NCBI GenBank assembly: GCA_034667685.1
Contig: JAXDQU010000034.1
Location: 1-64,000, forward strand
Length of the DNA: 64,000 nucleotides
From: Thermoplasmata archaeon
GTDB lineage: Archaea; Thermoplasmatota; SW-10-69-26; JACQPN01; JAJPHT01
Reading direction: 5' to 3'
A program made the position numbers and the translations under genes. Under the pieces are notes generated by a model. It was not told the DNA's origin. It did no database searches and worked only from the letters and a program-made list of their open reading frames with translations. Below are positions 17,560 through 26,255 of the stretch, piece by piece (positions within the stretch are counted from its first letter, which is position 1; each line of letters begins with the position of its first letter).

Positions 17560-18498
17560 ATGGCCAGGATCCTCGTCACCGACCCCCTCGACCCCGCGGC
17601 GTCCGACGCGCTGCGCAAGGCGGGCCACGAGGTCGACGAGCGCAAGCTCACGCCCGAGGAGCTTCTCAAGGAGATCGCCAAGTACGACGCGCTCCTGGTC
17701 CGCAGCGAGACGAAGGTGACCAAGGCGGTGCTCGGCGTGGCGGACAAGCTCAAGGTCGTGGGCCGCGCCGGCGTGGGCGTCGACAACATCGACACCGTGG
17801 CCGCCAAGGAGCGGGGCGTCGCAGTGGTCAACGCGCCCCTCGCGGCCACCAACGCCGTCGCGGAGCTGACCCTCGCGCACATGCTCGCCCTGGCGCGCCA
17901 GATCCCCCGCGCCGACGCCACGACGCGCGCCGGCAAGTGGGAGAAGAAGGGGCTCCTGGGCGTCGAGCTCTCCGGCCGCACGTTGGGCCTGCTGGGCGTG
18001 GGGCGCATCGGCGGGCGGGTCGCGGAATTGGCGCGCGCGTTCGGCATGCGCGTCGTCGTCTACGACCCCTACGTGAGCGCGGAGAAGGCGCGCGAGATGC
18101 ACGTGCAGAAGGCCGACACGCCCGCCGAGGTCGTCGCGCAGAGCGACTTCGTCAGCGTCCACACGCCGCTGACGCCCGAGACGAAGCACCTGGTCAACGC
18201 CGCCCTGCTTGCCAAGTTCAAGAAGGGCAGCTACCTGCTCAACGTCGCGCGCGGCGGGATCGTCGACGAAAAGGCGCTCCACGACAGCATCGTGGGCGGC
18301 CAGCTCGGCGGCGCCGCGCTCGACACCTTCGAGACCGAGCCGCTCAAGGAGACGCCGCTCGCCGCGCTGCCCACCGTCCACTTCACGCCGCACCTGGGCG
18401 CGAGCACGGCCGAGGCGCAGGTGAAGGCGGGCCTCATGGTCGCGGAGGACGTGCGCCGCGTGCTGGCCGGCGAGAAGCCCGACTTCCGCGTCGTCTGA
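17560..18498 (+). CDS. serA: D-3-phosphoglycerate dehydrogenase-like 2-hydroxyacid dehydrogenase (short form)
   Basis: VGRAGVGVDNID, GVGRIG, NVARGG, TPHLGAST. Confidence 0.85.
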   Translation: MARILVTDPLDPAASDALRKAGHEVDERKLTPEELLKEIAKYDALLVRSETKVTKAVLGVADKLKVVGRAGVGVDNIDTVAAKERGVAVVNAPLAATNAVAELTLAHMLALARQIPRADATTRAGKWEKKGLLGVELSGRTLGLLGVGRIGGRVAELARAFGMRVVVYDPYVSAEKAREMHVQKADTPAEVVAQSDFVSVHTPLTPETKHLVNAALLAKFKKGSYLLNVARGGIVDEKALHDSIVGGQLGGAALDTFETEPLKETPLAALPTVHFTPHLGASTAEAQVKAGLMVAEDVRRVLAGEKPDFRVV

Positions 18499-18507
18499 GG
18501 TGCCAGG

Positions 18508-18915
18508 ATGGACGATCTCGACAAGGCGCTGCTGCGCATCCTGAAGGACAACGCGCGCGAGAGCTTCGTGCGCATGGCCGAGGTCCTGGGCACGAGCGAG
18601 GGCACCGTCCGCGCGCGCCTCAAGAAGCTCCAGGACGACGGCGTCATCAAGAAGTTCACCATCCAGACCGCCGGCAGCAACGTCAAGGCGTTGATCGAGA
18701 TCCGCATCGAGACCAACGTCAACACCGCCAGCGTCTCGCAGCAGATCCAGACGTGGGACGGCGTCGAGCGCGTGCTCGAAGTGACGGGCGAGCACGACAT
18801 CGTGGTGTTCGTCGACGTCTCCTCCACGAGCGAACTGAACGACATCGTCGAGCGCATCCGGCAGTTCAAGGAAGTGCAGAGCACGCGGAGCCGCCTCATC
18901 CTGCGCGAGTATTGA
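18508..18915 (+). CDS. Lrp/AsnC family regulator
   Basis: MDDLDKALLRIL..NAR, SEGTVRARLKKL, VTGEHD. Confidence 0.93.
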   Translation: MDDLDKALLRILKDNARESFVRMAEVLGTSEGTVRARLKKLQDDGVIKKFTIQTAGSNVKALIEIRIETNVNTASVSQQIQTWDGVERVLEVTGEHDIVVFVDVSSTSELNDIVERIRQFKEVQSTRSRLILREY

Positions 18916-18926
18916 TCCGCGCTCTT

Positions 18927-19010
18927 TCTCCAGCCACAGAGGAACACAGAGGACACAGAGGGACGAGAAAAGTCGCCTCTGTGATCCTCTGTGTCCTCTG
19001 TGGCTGGAGA
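18927..19010. repeat. Intergenic palindrome, family C (CACAGAGGA 9-mer units)
   Basis: TCTCCAGCCACAGAGGAACACAGAGG ... CCTCTGTGTCCTCTGTGGCTGGAGA. Confidence 0.85.
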
Positions 19011-19062
19011 TGAGCGGGACGGAACGCGGCAGGTTCTTGCGGGTCCGCACCGTCCTGCCATC

Positions 19063-20124
19063 GTGGACTGGTCGCTCCGCGACGTCGAATCGGTGGCGAA
19101 GGCGAAGCTCCAGCAGATGGCGTTCGACTACGCGCAGGGCGGCGCGGGGCTGGAGCGCACGCTCGCGGAGAACGTGGCCGCCTTCGGCCGATATCGTTTC
19201 CGGCCGCGCTTCCTCGTCGACGTCTCGAAGCGCGACCTGAGCACGGAGCTTCTCGGACGCAAGCACCCCGTTCCCTTCGGCATCGCGCCCACGGCGTTCC
19301 ACCGGCTCTTCCACGAGGACGGGGAGCGCGGCGTGGCGCGGGCGGCCAGGAACCGCGGCGTGGTGCATTGCGTGAGCACGCTGGCGACGACGAGCCTGGA
19401 GGACGTGGCCACGGAAGGGGCGCCGCGCTGGTTCCAGCTCTACGTGCACCGCGACCGCAAGCTCACCGAATCGCTCGTGGCGCGCGCGAAGGCGTCGGGC
19501 TACGAGGCGCTCGTGCTGACCGTGGACGCGCCGGTCTGGGCGCTGCGCGAGCGCGACCGGCGCAACAGGTTCACCCTGCCCGCGCCGCTGACGCTCGCCA
19601 ACTTCGAGCGCTACCTCGACAAGGCGGGCGGGGGCGCGGACGGGCTCTCCAACTACGTGAACGGCCAGCTCGATCCGTCGCTGACGTGGGCCGACCTCGC
19701 GTGGCTCAAGCGCGTCAGCGGGATGCCCGTGCTGGTGAAGGGCATCCTCACGCCCGAGGACGCGGCGCTCGCGGTCGAGCACGGCGCGGAGGGCATCGTC
19801 GTCTCGAACCACGGCGGCCGCATGCTCGACCACGTGCCCGCGACGCTCGACGCGCTGCCTGATATCGTTTCAGCCGTGCGCGGCCGCGTCCCGGTCGTGC
19901 TCGACGGCGGCGTGCGCGGCGGCGCCGATGTGCTCGTCGCGCTGGCGCTGGGCGCGAGCTTCGTCCTCGTGGGCCGCCAGGTCGTGTGGGGGCTCGCGGC
20001 GGGGGGCGAGGCGGGCGCCGCGCGCGTGCTCGACCTGCTGCGCGAGGAGCTGGACAACGCGATGGCGCTCACCGGGCGGCGCAGCGTCGCGGAGATCGAC
20101 GGCACGCTCGTGGCGCGGGTGTGA
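19063..20124 (+). CDS. FMN-dependent alpha-hydroxy acid oxidase/dehydrogenase
   Basis: WFQLY, LTVDAP, VKGI, VSNHGGR, DGGVRGG. Confidence 0.93.
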   Translation: MDWSLRDVESVAKAKLQQMAFDYAQGGAGLERTLAENVAAFGRYRFRPRFLVDVSKRDLSTELLGRKHPVPFGIAPTAFHRLFHEDGERGVARAARNRGVVHCVSTLATTSLEDVATEGAPRWFQLYVHRDRKLTESLVARAKASGYEALVLTVDAPVWALRERDRRNRFTLPAPLTLANFERYLDKAGGGADGLSNYVNGQLDPSLTWADLAWLKRVSGMPVLVKGILTPEDAALAVEHGAEGIVVSNHGGRMLDHVPATLDALPDIVSAVRGRVPVVLDGGVRGGADVLVALALGASFVLVGRQVVWGLAAGGEAGAARVLDLLREELDNAMALTGRRSVAEIDGTLVARV

Positions 20125-21321
20125 ATGGGCGTCTGGTCCGAGATGGACCCGCGCGTGCGCTGGGTCGTGCTCGGCTCCTTCCTCACCGTCGCCGCGCGCA
20201 TGAGCACCGTCACGTTCCTCTCCATCTTCTTCACGCACGAGGTGGGACTCGCCGCGCCGCTCGTGGGCGTCGGCTTCCTCCTGGAGAACGCGTTGCGCGG
20301 CGCGACGGCGCTTCCCCTGGGCGCGCTCTCCGACCGCATCGGGCGCCGGCCCGTGATCCTCGCCAGCCTCGTCGCGACGGCCATCGTGCTGCCCACGTTC
20401 CTGCTGGTGCGCACGCCGGCGGAGCTTCTGCTCTGGAGCGCCGCGTCGGGGCTCGCCAGCGGCGGGAGCTTCGGCGTCGTGGCCGCGCTGGTCATCGACC
20501 TCGTGCCCGCCGCCACGCGGCAGCGCGCCCTCGCGCTCAACTACAGCGCGGTGAGCGTCGGCTACACGCTGGGCGTCGCGCCCGCCGGCTTCCTCGCCGA
20601 GCGCGGCTACGTGTGGCTCGCGGTGATGAGCGGCGTGGGCTACGCGCTCGTGGCGCTCCTCTACGCGGTCGTGCTGCGCGGCGCCCTCCCGCGCGAGCCG
20701 CGGCCCCACGAGGCGTCGTTCGTGTCGCACGCCATGCGGGCCCCGCGCGACCCCGCGTTCCTCGCGCTCGTGGCGACGTGCTTCGTCTTCCCGCTGGGCA
20801 TCGGCCTGACGAGCAGCGCGGCGCCCCTCTTCGGCGCGGACGTCGGGCTCTCCGACGTGCTCATCGGGCTCCTGCTCTCGACGAACGGCGTCCTCCTCGT
20901 GCTCCTGGCCGTCCCGGTCGCGACGCGCCTGGAGTCTTCGGGCCCGTTCCGCATGCTCGGCCTCGCCGCCGCGTTCCTCGCGCTCTCCTACGTCGCGCTC
21001 GCGCTGCTCTCTCCCTTCTGGGCGCTGCTGGGCGGGACGACCATCTTCACGCTGGGCGAGCTGATCTTCAGCAGCGCGATGCCCACCGCCGTCGCGCTCC
21101 TGGCGCCCGCGGGATGGCGCGGCGCCTACCAGGGCGCGTGGAGCTTCGTCTCGGCCGTGTGCGTGGGCGGCGCGCTCTTCCTCGCGGGCGTCCTGCGCGA
21201 CGCGTACGGCTGGCCCCGCGCGTGGCTCGCGTTCGCGGCGGTGACGGCGATCGCGGGCATCGCGCTCCTGCTCCTGCGCGCGCGGATGCGGGCGATCGCG
21301 GAGGCGCGCGGGGCGGCGTAG
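20125..21321 (+). CDS. MFS transporter
   Basis: About 12 TM; motif A GALSDRIGRR; RGAYQG. Confidence 0.9.
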   Translation: MGVWSEMDPRVRWVVLGSFLTVAARMSTVTFLSIFFTHEVGLAAPLVGVGFLLENALRGATALPLGALSDRIGRRPVILASLVATAIVLPTFLLVRTPAELLLWSAASGLASGGSFGVVAALVIDLVPAATRQRALALNYSAVSVGYTLGVAPAGFLAERGYVWLAVMSGVGYALVALLYAVVLRGALPREPRPHEASFVSHAMRAPRDPAFLALVATCFVFPLGIGLTSSAAPLFGADVGLSDVLIGLLLSTNGVLLVLLAVPVATRLESSGPFRMLGLAAAFLALSYVALALLSPFWALLGGTTIFTLGELIFSSAMPTAVALLAPAGWRGAYQGAWSFVSAVCVGGALFLAGVLRDAYGWPRAWLAFAAVTAIAGIALLLLRARMRAIAEARGAA

Positions 21322-21323
21322 GC

Positions 21324-22178
21324 TCAGAGCGCGGGCGTGCGGCGCGGGAGCTTGTTGCCCAGGTACGCGCCGTGGCTGACGCTCAGCAGGCCCACGGTCC
21401 CCAGCGGCACGTCGGGCGGCACGACGATGGCTTGCGCCTCTCCCCGGGACGCGGCGTCGAGCGCGTGGAAGAACTGGAGGAGATAGACCAGCGCGAGGAG
21501 GAGCGTCAGCACGAGCATCTGCGCCTTGCCCGCGTCCAGGGCCTCGCCGTCGGCGAGCTCGTCCCCCTCGAAGACGTCCTTGACGCGCGCATCCTTCGCG
21601 TCCCGGTTGCGCCAGAGGAGGCCTTGCGCCTCCGCGCCCTTGGCGACCACGCGCGAGACGTCCTCCGGCTTGGCGGGCGTGTTCGCCTTGCCGACGTTGA
21701 GGAGCTGCGCGCCCACCAGCGAGCCGCTCGCGGCCATCGTCGTGAGCAGGACGCCCTCGCCCAGCTCGGGAACGGGGTTGCCGCGCGCGAGCGAGACGAG
21801 CACCGTCACGACGTAGGTGGACGCGATCGTGACGGTCCAGATGGCGGCCTGGGCGCGCGAGGCGCTCATGACGTGGTTGTCCGTGATGAGGAATCCCAGG
21901 AGGCGCTTGTGCATCAGGTGGCCCACGAGCGCGAAGGCCGCGACCAGGAACGCGACGGCCCACCACCACGCCGGGTACCACCATCCCGGGGCGGCGCCCG
22001 GGCCGACCGTGGCAGCGAGGACCCAGACGCGCCACGCGCCCAGGACGAGCACGAGCAGGAGGACGAGGCGCGTCAGCGCGATCCCGAGCGGCCGGTCCCA
22101 CGCGTCAAGCGCGCGCTGCCCCAGCGTGGACCGGGGCGCCGGCTCCCCCTGCTCGGCCCCCGCGGCCGCCGTCGACAT
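21324..22178 (-). CDS. Hypothetical multi-pass membrane protein
   Basis: Several TM segments; MSASRAQAAIWT, LDAGKAQMLVLT, SHGAYLGNK. Confidence 0.7.
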   Translation of the reverse strand: MSTAAAGAEQGEPAPRSTLGQRALDAWDRPLGIALTRLVLLLVLVLGAWRVWVLAATVGPGAAPGWWYPAWWWAVAFLVAAFALVGHLMHKRLLGFLITDNHVMSASRAQAAIWTVTIASTYVVTVLVSLARGNPVPELGEGVLLTTMAASGSLVGAQLLNVGKANTPAKPEDVSRVVAKGAEAQGLLWRNRDAKDARVKDVFEGDELADGEALDAGKAQMLVLTLLLALVYLLQFFHALDAASRGEAQAIVVPPDVPLGTVGLLSVSHGAYLGNKLPRRTPAL

Positions 22179-22263
22179 GGGCGCCCCATCGCGGCCGCCC
22201 GGCTTGAGGCCCGATGGAGCCCGCCTGCGGAAGCGACATGAGCCGGGTCGCGTTACGCCCTGC

Positions 22264-22728
22264 GTGCCCGCGTACTGGCTGCTGAAGTCCGAGCCCGACG
22301 TCTACAGCATCGACGACCTCGCGCGCGACAAGACGACGTTCTGGAACGGCGTGCGCAACCACCGCGCGCGCAACATCCTGCGCGACGAGATGAAGGAGGG
22401 CGACCTGGCCTTCTTCTACCACAGCAACGCGAGCCCGAGCGCGATCGTGGGCGTCGCGAGGATCGTGGGCGCCGCCAAGGCGGACCCGACGCAGTTCGAC
22501 AAGAAGCTGGGCGAGGAGATGGGTTACGACCCCAAGTCCAAGAAGGACGCGCCCACGTGGTGGGGGCGCGACGTGGCGTTCGTCGAGAAGCTCGCGAAGC
22601 CCGTCCCGCTCGCGGACGTGAAGGCGAGCCCGAAGCTCCAGGAGATGGCGCTCGTGCGGATCGCGCAGCTCTCCGTCCAGCCCGTGACCGCGGCGGAGTG
22701 GAAAGCCGTCCTCGCGCTCGCGAAGTAG
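22264..22728 (+). CDS. EVE domain protein
   Basis: YWLLKSEP, WNGVRNHRARN, FFYHS, LSVQPVT. Confidence 0.93.
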   Translation: MPAYWLLKSEPDVYSIDDLARDKTTFWNGVRNHRARNILRDEMKEGDLAFFYHSNASPSAIVGVARIVGAAKADPTQFDKKLGEEMGYDPKSKKDAPTWWGRDVAFVEKLAKPVPLADVKASPKLQEMALVRIAQLSVQPVTAAEWKAVLALAK

Positions 22729-22731
22729 GGC

Positions 22732-22892
22732 TGCGGCGCCACAGCCACGCGGGCCCCACGGGCTCCTGCTCGGGCGGTCCCGGCGGCGAGGCGTCCGCCA
22801 CGCCCGGCGGCGCGAAGGCGTCGCCCGCGTGGGGCCTGCTGGGCACCCTCGTCGCGCTGGCGGCCGTGTCGCTCGTCGCCCGTCGGCGCTAG
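22732..22892 (+). pseudogene. Orphan C-terminal sorting-signal fragment (PGF-CTERM-like)
   Basis: GGPGGEASATPGGAKASPAWGLLGTLVALAAVSLVARRR-stop, with no start codon after the EVE stop. Confidence 0.55.
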
Positions 22893-23017
22893 CGTTGTCC
22901 GTCCGCGGCCGGACGGACAAAGGCCCGAAATTTTTGCTCGCGTTCTTCCGCGTGTTACTATGCGCGTTCAGGACTCGCCTCTGGTTTTATCCGCCCATGC
23001 ATCCAGCGCAGGCGCAC

Positions 23018-24418
23018 ATGGCCCGCGCCATCTTCGTTCTGATAACAACCCTCGCCATCGTGCTCGCGCTCGCGCCGGTCGCGCTCGTCGCCGACGCCGC
23101 GCCGGCCCCCGGCGACTACGTCATCGGGTTCCACCACGCGCCCCCCGCCGGCTGGGCCGGATCGCACGGCTTCGCCGCCGCGAAGCGCCTCGATCGGCTC
23201 TCCGCCGTCGTCGTGCACGGCGCCCCCCTCGCGACCCTCCAGCGCGCCGCGCACGATCCCAACGTCGCTTACATCGAACCCAACCAACCTTTGCATACCG
23301 ATTCGACGGGTTGGGATGGAACGGGTTGGGATGGCACCGGTTGGGACGGCACCGGCTGGGACGGGACGGGCTGGGACGGCACCGGCTGGGATGGAACTGG
23401 CTGGGACGGTACCGGCTGGGATGGAACCGGTTGGGACGGGACGGGCTGGGACGGCACCGGCTGGGATGGAACTGGCTGGGATGGAACCGGGTGGGACGGG
23501 ACCGGTTGGGATGGAACTGGCTGGGACGGAACCGGCTGGGACGCGACGCCTGACCCGGGCTACGCGCAGCAGTGGGGCCTCGCCGCGGTGCACGCGCCCG
23601 AGGCGTGGAACCTCAGCGTGGGCACCGGAGCCGTCACGGTCTGCTTCCTCGACACGGGGATCGACGCGACGCACCCGGACCTCGCGGCGCACGTCTACAC
23701 GAACCCGGCCGACGGGAGCCACGGCTACAACGTGATGGACGGCTCGCACGACGTCACCGACGACGTCGGCCACGGCACGTACGTCGCGGGCATCGCGGGC
23801 GCCATCGGCGGCAACTCCGCGGGCATCGTGGGCCTCGCGCAGGAGAAGCTCCTCCCCGTGAAGGTCATGAACGCCTCGGGCGGCTCGGAGGCCGACCTCG
23901 CGGCGGGCATCCTGACGTGCCTCGACCACGGGGCGCGCGTGCTCTCGATGAGCCTGCACACGACGGAGCCCAGCCAGCTGCTCGACCAGGCGATCGACCA
24001 GGCCCTCGCGGCCGGCGCGGTCGTCGTCGCGGCGGCGGGCAACGACGGGACCGACCAGGTGTCCTACCCCGCCTCGCACCCCGGCGTCATCGCCGTGGGT
24101 GCGGCCAACGGCACGGCGGAGCTGGCGCCCTTCTCGAACCACGGCGACCGGCTGGACGTCGTGGCGCCCGGCGTCGGGATCGTCTCGACGGTCCCCGGCG
24201 CGCTCTACGCGGGCGCCGGCGGCACGAGCGCCGCGGTCCCCTTCGTGAGCGCCACGGCCGCGCTGATGCTCGACCTGAACCCGTCGCTGTCGGGCGCACA
24301 GGTGGGCAGCCTGATCGAGGCCCACGCGCGCGACCTGGGCGCCCCCGGCAAGGACACGACCTTCGGTTACGGCGGTTTGGACACCGCCGCGAGCTTGAAG
24401 GCGGCGGTTGGGCAGTAG
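23018..24418 (+). CDS. Secreted S8 subtilase with I9-like propeptide and 16x TGWD(G) repeat insert
   Basis: Signal peptide; propeptide ending VAYIEPN; triad FLDTG, GHGTYVAG, GTSAA; oxyanion AAGN; TTTTAT box at 22985. Confidence 0.92.
   Translation: MARAIFVLITTLAIVLALAPVALVADAAPAPGDYVIGFHHAPPAGWAGSHGFAAAKRLDRLSAVVVHGAPLATLQRAAHDPNVAYIEPNQPLHTDSTGWDGTGWDGTGWDGTGWDGTGWDGTGWDGTGWDGTGWDGTGWDGTGWDGTGWDGTGWDGTGWDGTGWDGTGWDGTGWDATPDPGYAQQWGLAAVHAPEAWNLSVGTGAVTVCFLDTGIDATHPDLAAHVYTNPADGSHGYNVMDGSHDVTDDVGHGTYVAGIAGAIGGNSAGIVGLAQEKLLPVKVMNASGGSEADLAAGILTCLDHGARVLSMSLHTTEPSQLLDQAIDQALAAGAVVVAAAGNDGTDQVSYPASHPGVIAVGAANGTAELAPFSNHGDRLDVVAPGVGIVSTVPGALYAGAGGTSAAVPFVSATAALMLDLNPSLSGAQVGSLIEAHARDLGAPGKDTTFGYGGLDTAASLKAAVGQ
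23306..23545 (+). repeat. Coding 15-bp tandem repeat x16 encoding (TGWDG)15-TGWDA
   Basis: Trp codons every 15 nt from 23312 to 23537; variation between units is synonymous apart from the last unit. Confidence 0.97.
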
Positions 24419-24425
24419 GTGACGC

Positions 24426-26204
24426 GTGTTATCACCTAGGACGAAGGTGATCATCGGGATCGTCACGGCGTTGGCCGCCGCGGCGGTCGTGGCGACCTGG
24501 TCGCTGCGCCCGCCGCGGGCCGACGCCACGAACCTGATGGGATTCGTCCTGCTCTACGGCGTGTTCCTCCTGGCCGAGGGCGCCGTCATCCCGCTCCTCT
24601 GGCGCGGAGAGCGCGTCACGGTGACGTTCACCGAGCCCATCGTGCTCGCCGGGCTCGTCGCGCTCCCCAGCATCCCGCTGGTGCTCGCGGCGAGCCTCGC
24701 GCGGCTGACCGGCGCCACGCTCCAGCGCCGCCCCGCGCACAAGACGCTCTTCAACGCGGCGCAGATCGCCCTCGCCACGAGCCTCGCGCTCCTGGTCGCG
24801 GTCTTCGCCCCCGTGGCGCCGCTCGTGGGCGCCATCCTCGGCATGGTCACGTTCACGGTCGTGGTGGACTGCGTGACGGTCGTCGTGGTCGGCTCCGTCG
24901 AGGAGGTGCCCTGGCGCCGCGCGATCCGCGAGCGCTTCCTGGCCGTGGCGCTCGTCGAGATCGTCTTCGGCGCCAGCGTCGGCCTCGCCATCGTCGGCCT
25001 GGGCCACGTCCATCCGCTCGCCCCGCTGGTGCTCGCGCCGCCGCTCTGGATCATGCTGCGCCACGCGCGCATCCAGGCCAAGATGATGCGCGAGAGCGGC
25101 CTGCACCTGCGCCTGGCCCAGGAGCAGCGCCGCCTCATCGGCATCCAGGACGACACGCTCATCGCCGACGCGATCCTGGAGGCGTGCCACGACATCATGC
25201 AGGTGGGGCGCGCGCGCATCGCGCTCGACGGGCAGCCCGCGTGGGAGCGCACGTGGGACCCCGTGCCCGCGGACGCGGCGCCCGACGTGGGCGTGTCCCT
25301 GGGCGGCGTCGACGGCGTGCCCGCCGGCCGCCTCGAGGTCTGGCGTCGTCCCGGCAAGCCGCGCTTCGAGAAGGACGACGAGGGGCTCCTGCTCCAGCTT
25401 GGCGCGCAGACCGAGACCGCGCTGGCGAACGCGCGGACGCTGCGCGAGGCGAGCGCGCAGCGCGTCGTGCTCGCGCGCCAGGAGCGCCTCTCCACGCTGG
25501 GCACGCTCGTCGCGGGCGTCGCGCACGAGGTCAACAACCCGCTCACGTATCTGCGCGGCAACCTCGAGCTGGCGCTCATGGACCTCGACGAGATGGAGGA
25601 GTCCGAGCGCGTCCACGAGGTCGAGCGCCAGATCGGCATCGCGCTCCAGGGCGCGGGGCGCATCGGCGAGATCGTGCAGTCGCTCCGCGCCGTCGCGCGC
25701 CAGCGCCCCTCCTCCGAGCGCGAGGTCGTGCACCTCAACAAGGCGGTGGAGGACGTGGCGACGGTGCTCCAGTCGAGCCTGCCGGGGAACCTGCGCATGC
25801 GCGTCGAGCGCGCGCGGGGCGACCCCACGATCCTGACGCACCCGACCGACCTGCACCAGGTGCTGCTGAACCTCGCCAAGAACGGCATCGAGGCGCTGGG
25901 CGGCAAGCCCGGCGAGCTCGTCATGCGCGTGCGGGCGCTCCCCTCCTGCTACGTGCTGGAGGTGCAGGACACGGGTCCGGGCATCCCGCCGGAGGCGCAG
26001 GCGAGGATCTTCACGCCCTTCTTCACCACGAAGGGGACGCACGGGACCGGGCTGGGCCTCGCCATCGTCCACGGCATCATCAAGGACATGGGGGGCGCCA
26101 TCCGCTTCGACACCGCGCCCGGCGCCGGGACGACGTTCGTGGTCACGCTGCCCCACGAGCTGAAGGCGCCGGTGGCCGCCAGCCCGCCGCCGGCCTTTCA
26201 ATGA
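24426..26204 (+). CDS. Membrane sensor histidine kinase (7-8 TM MASE-like input, GAF-like segment, HisKA, HATPase)
   Basis: AGVAHEVNNPL, LHQVLLNLAKNG, DTGPGI, FTPFFTTK, GTGLGL; SD-like AGGTGA before GTG; 7 nt after the S8 stop. Confidence 0.92.
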   Translation: MLSPRTKVIIGIVTALAAAAVVATWSLRPPRADATNLMGFVLLYGVFLLAEGAVIPLLWRGERVTVTFTEPIVLAGLVALPSIPLVLAASLARLTGATLQRRPAHKTLFNAAQIALATSLALLVAVFAPVAPLVGAILGMVTFTVVVDCVTVVVVGSVEEVPWRRAIRERFLAVALVEIVFGASVGLAIVGLGHVHPLAPLVLAPPLWIMLRHARIQAKMMRESGLHLRLAQEQRRLIGIQDDTLIADAILEACHDIMQVGRARIALDGQPAWERTWDPVPADAAPDVGVSLGGVDGVPAGRLEVWRRPGKPRFEKDDEGLLLQLGAQTETALANARTLREASAQRVVLARQERLSTLGTLVAGVAHEVNNPLTYLRGNLELALMDLDEMEESERVHEVERQIGIALQGAGRIGEIVQSLRAVARQRPSSEREVVHLNKAVEDVATVLQSSLPGNLRMRVERARGDPTILTHPTDLHQVLLNLAKNGIEALGGKPGELVMRVRALPSCYVLEVQDTGPGIPPEAQARIFTPFFTTKGTHGTGLGLAIVHGIIKDMGGAIRFDTAPGAGTTFVVTLPHELKAPVAASPPPAFQ

Positions 26205-26255
26205 CCGGACCAACGAGGTTGATCCGGGGCGGCGCGAAAGAAAGGGGCCGGAGCC

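Noticed and set aside
22264-22892. Programmed frameshift joining EVE to the downstream TM tail
   Set aside because: No slippery heptamer is evident, and a cytoplasmic EVE domain without a signal peptide would not use a sortase signal; a gene remnant is simpler.
23306-23545. Possible CRISPR array or DNA-level VNTR
   Set aside because: 15-bp units are contiguous with no spacers, vary at synonymous positions and lie in frame within a protease; no cas genes are present.
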